A program made the translations under genes and the position numbers. This document shows, piece by piece, positions 43,828 through 47,457 of a DNA stretch of 47,457 nt (the stretch's first letter is position 1; each line of letters opens with the position of its first letter). Below the pieces are notes generated by a model that was given only the letters and a program-made list of their open reading frames with translations, was not told where the DNA came from and did not search any database. The DNA is from Candidatus Nomurabacteria bacterium (GTDB lineage Bacteria; Patescibacteriota; Minisyncoccia; Phycocordibacterales; UBA9973), in assembly GCA_020631955.1 (NCBI GenBank), contig JACKGL010000005.1, positions 1-47,457 of the forward strand, given 5' to 3'.

Positions 43828-45747
43828 CTAAGATGTTACTTCCAAACCTTCTTTTTTGTTTTCTAGTTTTTTAGGTTCGATACCAAACTTCTTTATGATC
43901 TCTTCGTACTCTGGTTGCTCGAGTGTCTCTACTTCTATAAGTTTAGTAGATATAGCATCTAGACAAGCTCTATGGTCTGTAAGTACTTGTGTTGCTCTCT
44001 TGAGTGCTGTATCCATGATACCTTTTACTTCTTCGTCTATAAGAGCTCCGACTTTTTCGCTGTATTCTCTATCACTTACACCTTGTCCAAACAAAGTCTT
44101 TCCACCATCACTCTCTAGTGCTATAGGACCTAGTGTATCACTCATACCCCAACGAGTAACCATGGCTCGAGCCAGGTTGGTAGCTACTTGAAGGTCGTTT
44201 GAAGGCCCTGTAGTGATATCGCCAAATATCATCTTTTCAGCTACATATCCACCAAGTGACATAGCTATGTCGTCTAGGAATTCTTTTTTGGTTTGAAGTT
44301 TTCTATCTTCTAGTGGGAGCTTCAGTGTATATCCGCCAGCACGACCACGGGCAACTATAGACACTTTGTGTACCGGGTCTGCGTCTGGAAGAACAGAAGC
44401 AACTAGAGCGTGGCCTGCTTCATGATACGCAGTGACTTCTTTTTCTTTCTTTGTTAGAAGGTGACTTTTTCTTTCTGGGCCGAGCATCACTTTTTCTATA
44501 GACCTGATAAGGTCAAACTGTGCCACTTTCTTTCTATCTTCTCTGGCTGCGAGTATAGCTGCTTCGTTCATAAGTGAATACAAATCTGCTCCAGAAAAAC
44601 CGGGTGTCCTCTCAGCCACCACTTTTAGATTTACATCTTCAGCAAGTGGTTTTTTTCGAGCGTGTATACCTAGTATCTCTTCTCTGTCTGCTCTGTCTGG
44701 TAAGTCTAATACTACACGTCTATCAAATCTTCCTGGACGAAGAAGCGCAGGATCTAGCACGTCGCTTCTGTTTGTCGCTGCTATGACTATGACTTTTTCT
44801 GTCGGCTCGAAACCGTCCATCTCTACTAATATTTGGTTTAGTGTTTGTTCTCTTTCGTCATTTCCTCCACCTACTCCTGTACCACGTATTCTTCCTACTG
44901 CATCTATCTCATCTATGAAAACTATCGCCGGAGAAGCTTTCTTGGCCATGGTAAACAAGTCCCTGACTCTACTAGCTCCCACTCCGACAAACATCTCTAC
45001 GAACTCAGATCCAGAAAGATGGAAAAAAGGTACACCAGCTTCCCCAGCTACAGCCCTAGCAAGTAGAGTTTTTCCTGTACCAGGAGAACCGGTAAGCAAA
45101 ACTCCTTTTGGTATTTGCGCTCCTATGTCGATAAACTTTTTAGGATTGCGAAGAAAATCTACTATTTCTTTGAGTTCTTCTTTTGCTTCTTTTGCTCCAG
45201 CGACATCTTTAAATGTGACTCTGTTTTTTGGATCATTTGGGTTTGTGATGCGAGCTTTGGACTGACCAAAAGAAAATGCTTGCATACCTGCACCTTTGAC
45301 TTGCTTGGAAAGCATCCATATCAAAAATACAACAAATAGTATAGGTAGTGCTATAGGTAGTATGTTGATCAGATAGTATCCAAAACCATCTTCGTTTTTC
45401 ACTTCTATACTGATAGAAGATAGAGCTTCTTTTTCTACACCGTAGTTGGTAAGTGTCTCGGTAATAGAACTCTCAAATTCTTTTTTGGATTTTTTTACTT
45501 CTCCACCCACCAGGGTAATATCCAGATTGTTCCCTTCTACTACTATCTTGTCTACTTCGTTGTTTTCTATCAGATTGGCTACAGCTGATATAGGTATCTC
45601 TTCTGGCTTGGTGGTACCACCGCCCAAAGAAACATAAAGCAAAACTAAAAAGACCAGAGTAAATATGATACTTATTATCTGACTATATAGTACTGGTTCT
45701 TTTTTTCTATTTTTAGGTGATTTTTTATCACCTCCCTGTTTATTCAT
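43828..45747 (-). CDS. ftsH: ATP-dependent zinc metalloprotease FtsH
   Basis: 639 aa. Two N-terminal TM segments, Walker [17 protein letters not shown] region and zinc motif HEAGHAL. ATAAAT lies 6 nt before the ATG. Confidence 0.95.
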   Translation of the reverse strand: MNKQGGDKKSPKNRKKEPVLYSQIISIIFTLVFLVLLYVSLGGGTTKPEEIPISAVANLIENNEVDKIVVEGNNLDITLVGGEVKKSKKEFESSITETLTNYGVEKEALSSISIEVKNEDGFGYYLINILPIALPILFVVFLIWMLSKQVKGAGMQAFSFGQSKARITNPNDPKNRVTFKDVAGAKEAKEELKEIVDFLRNPKKFIDIGAQIPKGVLLTGSPGTGKTLLARAVAGEAGVPFFHLSGSEFVEMFVGVGASRVRDLFTMAKKASPAIVFIDEIDAVGRIRGTGVGGGNDEREQTLNQILVEMDGFEPTEKVIVIAATNRSDVLDPALLRPGRFDRRVVLDLPDRADREEILGIHARKKPLAEDVNLKVVAERTPGFSGADLYSLMNEAAILAAREDRKKVAQFDLIRSIEKVMLGPERKSHLLTKKEKEVTAYHEAGHALVASVLPDADPVHKVSIVARGRAGGYTLKLPLEDRKLQTKKEFLDDIAMSLGGYVAEKMIFGDITTGPSNDLQVATNLARAMVTRWGMSDTLGPIALESDGGKTLFGQGVSDREYSEKVGALIDEEVKGIMDTALKRATQVLTDHRACLDAISTKLIEVETLEQPEYEEIIKKFGIEPKKLENKKEGLEVTS

Positions 45748-45849
45748 AAATATATTTATAGCACGAAAATACTGTAACTAAAAGGTATTATACTTATAAA
45801 AATTTGACAAACTATACATACCATACTATTATCACGACAAATCATACTA

Positions 45850-46455
45850 ATGACAAATAACATGGTTCCTATAGAAAAAGTGACAACGTTCTCTGCCAAC
45901 AATGCGGAGTCGATGATAAATTATTTTGGCATAGAAAGTGTCTTCATAAATAAAAAACCTGGGACCAGATTGATCAACTTTTCGGGAACAGTATGTATGT
46001 ATCGTGAAGTAGTGAGGTATTATAAACTTTCAAAAATAATAGAGTCAGTACCAAATTACGAGAAGTATAATCTTGTCGATCTTGGATCAAATGGTGATCC
46101 ATTTATCATAAGGTTTGCAAAAGAAATGAAGATACCTGGCCTGGTTTGTGTAGACATATGGGAACAGTTTGAGCCAGAAAGTGAAAAATTCCTTGGCGAT
46201 CTTCCCATGCTTGGCATACAAATGGACATGTTAGCTTTTTTGGAAAACCTTCCGAATAAGTGTACAAACATTTCAATGTTTGCTATCGATATCGCCATAA
46301 TTTGTGATAAATCATACAGAAATGAAATGTATCATCACTTGAGTAGAGTGGTGCCAGATGATGGAGTAGTTTTTTCTATGAATTCCATTATGGAAAATCA
46401 TCCGGGTTTTGAAAGCTTAAAAAGCTGTGACTACATTTACAGAAAAAAAATATAA
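45850..46455 (+). CDS. Hypothetical protein (201 aa), faint class-I methyltransferase-like motif
   Basis: LVDLGSNGDPFII resembles SAM motif I. Otherwise unrecognised. Confidence 0.4.
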   Translation: MTNNMVPIEKVTTFSANNAESMINYFGIESVFINKKPGTRLINFSGTVCMYREVVRYYKLSKIIESVPNYEKYNLVDLGSNGDPFIIRFAKEMKIPGLVCVDIWEQFEPESEKFLGDLPMLGIQMDMLAFLENLPNKCTNISMFAIDIAIICDKSYRNEMYHHLSRVVPDDGVVFSMNSIMENHPGFESLKSCDYIYRKKI

Positions 46456-46514
46456 TAGTATGACCAGGGTCTCTCCCTGGTCTTTTTATATGTACATCAC
46501 AAAGATGCTACAAT

Positions 46515-46964
46515 ATGTGTATGCAACTCGCAGTAAACAAAACAGCACATCTAGACTATGAAATACTCGACAAATACGAGTGTGGTATTGAGCTGCTTGG
46601 AACTGAAGTAAAATCTATCAAACTAAAAACAGCCAAGATATCAGGTGGCAGAGTCTTGATACGTGGTGACGAAGCATTTCTGGTCGGTCTATATGTACCG
46701 CCTTTCCAAGACAAGAATGCTCCAGAAGACTATGATCCTGCTCGCACTAGAAAACTACTTCTACATAAAAAAGAGATAAAAAAACTAGAGACCAAGCTAA
46801 ACGATAAAGGTTTGACAATAGTGCCACTTGCGTTGTATAATAAAGGTAGAAGGGTCAAGGTAGAAATAGCTTTGGTCCGAGGAAAAAAGAAGTTCGACAA
46901 ACGTGAGGATTTGAAGAAAAAAGAAACACAAAGAAGAATCCGCAAACAATACAACGTACGTTGA
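46515..46964 (+). CDS. smpB: SsrA-binding protein
   Basis: NKTAHLDYEILDKYECGIELLGTEVKSIK and basic C-terminal tail. The true start may be the ATG at 46521, which lies 6 nt after TACAAT (46509-46514). Confidence 0.9.
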   Translation: MCMQLAVNKTAHLDYEILDKYECGIELLGTEVKSIKLKTAKISGGRVLIRGDEAFLVGLYVPPFQDKNAPEDYDPARTRKLLLHKKEIKKLETKLNDKGLTIVPLALYNKGRRVKVEIALVRGKKKFDKREDLKKKETQRRIRKQYNVR

Positions 46965-46976
46965 TCTCTTTTATAT

Positions 46977-47341
46977 GGGGATGCTAGGCATCGACAATAG
47001 AATACCTTTATATTATGCATGTCGAGATTCACGAGTTCTCGAAAAAATCGTGAAAAAATAAATGCAGAAAAAACTGCTGTAAAGTCTCCTTTCATGGGAC
47101 TTGCATTCGCTAGAGTTTAACTCGCGAACACTCTAATACTGGACTTCCGATAAAGTAGTAGAGTGTAATTTCATCGGGATAGAATACTTAGCGCTCACTA
47201 AGTATTCGAAACTAAAGAGATCGACCTGCTATTCGTTTTGCTGTTTTTTTAGGTTGTAGGTCTAAATAAAACAAAATAGACAAGCATGTAGAAGTAATAT
47301 AGAGACTCTTTTGCACGGGGGTTCGATTCCCCCCATCTCCA
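46977..47341 (+). ncRNA. ssrA: tmRNA (ssrA)
   Basis: 5' GGGGATGCTAGGCATCGACA and 3' GGGGGTTCGATTCCCCCCATCTCCA form the tRNA-like domain. Resume codon GCA at 47064. Predicted tag AEKTAVKSPFMGLAFARV, stop at 47118-47120. Directly downstream of smpB. Confidence 0.85.
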
Positions 47342-47385
47342 CAAAAACAAAGGCTTTTAGTGTATAATTGGTGACACATCTATAT

Positions 47386-47456
47386 GGGCTCATAGTATAG
47401 TGGTAACACGCATCCATGGCATGGATGAGTCCGGGGTTCGACTCCCCGTGGGTCCA
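47386..47456 (+). tRNA. tRNA-Ala (anticodon GGC)
   Basis: GGGCTCA TA GTAT AGTGGTA ACAC G CATCC ATGGCAT GGATG AGTC CGGGG TTCGACT CCCCG TGGGTCC A. The G3:U70 Ala identity pair is present. It ends 1 nt before the window edge. Confidence 0.8.
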
Positions 47457-47457
47457 C

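Overview
AT-rich, tightly packed bacterial chromosome segment read with the standard code (long ORFs such as LigA, RecG and FtsH are intact with UGA as stop). The backbone has a minimal lower-glycolysis operon, GatCA, LigA, RecG, FtsH, MurI, SmpB plus tmRNA, and a ~15-kb type IV pilus/competence locus with ComFC. Shine-Dalgarno sequences are nearly absent, and -10 boxes sit 6 nt from start codons. This fits a streamlined CPR/Patescibacteria-like genome, but that is inference only, since no search was possible. I call about 50 CDS, 7 tRNAs (Thr-GGU, initiator Met-CAU, Met-CAU, Asp-GUC, Ser-GCU, Ile-UAU, Ala-GGC) and one tmRNA. I found no rRNA and no CRISPR array. Several stretches look GC-richer by eye and are probably acquired. 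(1) A 978-aa M23-peptidase / 7-repeat / Ig-like protein with a Bacteroidetes-type T9SS C-terminal sorting domain, on the opposite strand inside the pilus locus. (2) An integrase-less island at tRNA-Ser (31.3-36.0 kb): a phage-type ParB-methyltransferase module, then three single-gene cassettes (DUF4209/HEPN-like, ART-like, 2H phosphoesterase). Each cassette is followed by a diverged copy of a ~90-nt element. This is my best candidate for an undescribed system. (3) Lipoprotein genes with SC lipoboxes and near-identical terminators (28.9 kb, 37.7-39.5 kb). (4) A lone aromatic amino-acid hydroxylase. The intergenic DNA also carries two unexplained repeat phenomena. First, twin 9-bp hairpin elements are bracketed by duplicated tRNA 3' ends. 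Second, upstream pseudo-copies of gene 5' ends (typA, tRNA-Thr, tRNA-Asp, tRNA-Ile) are each interrupted by a 21-32-nt GC cluster.
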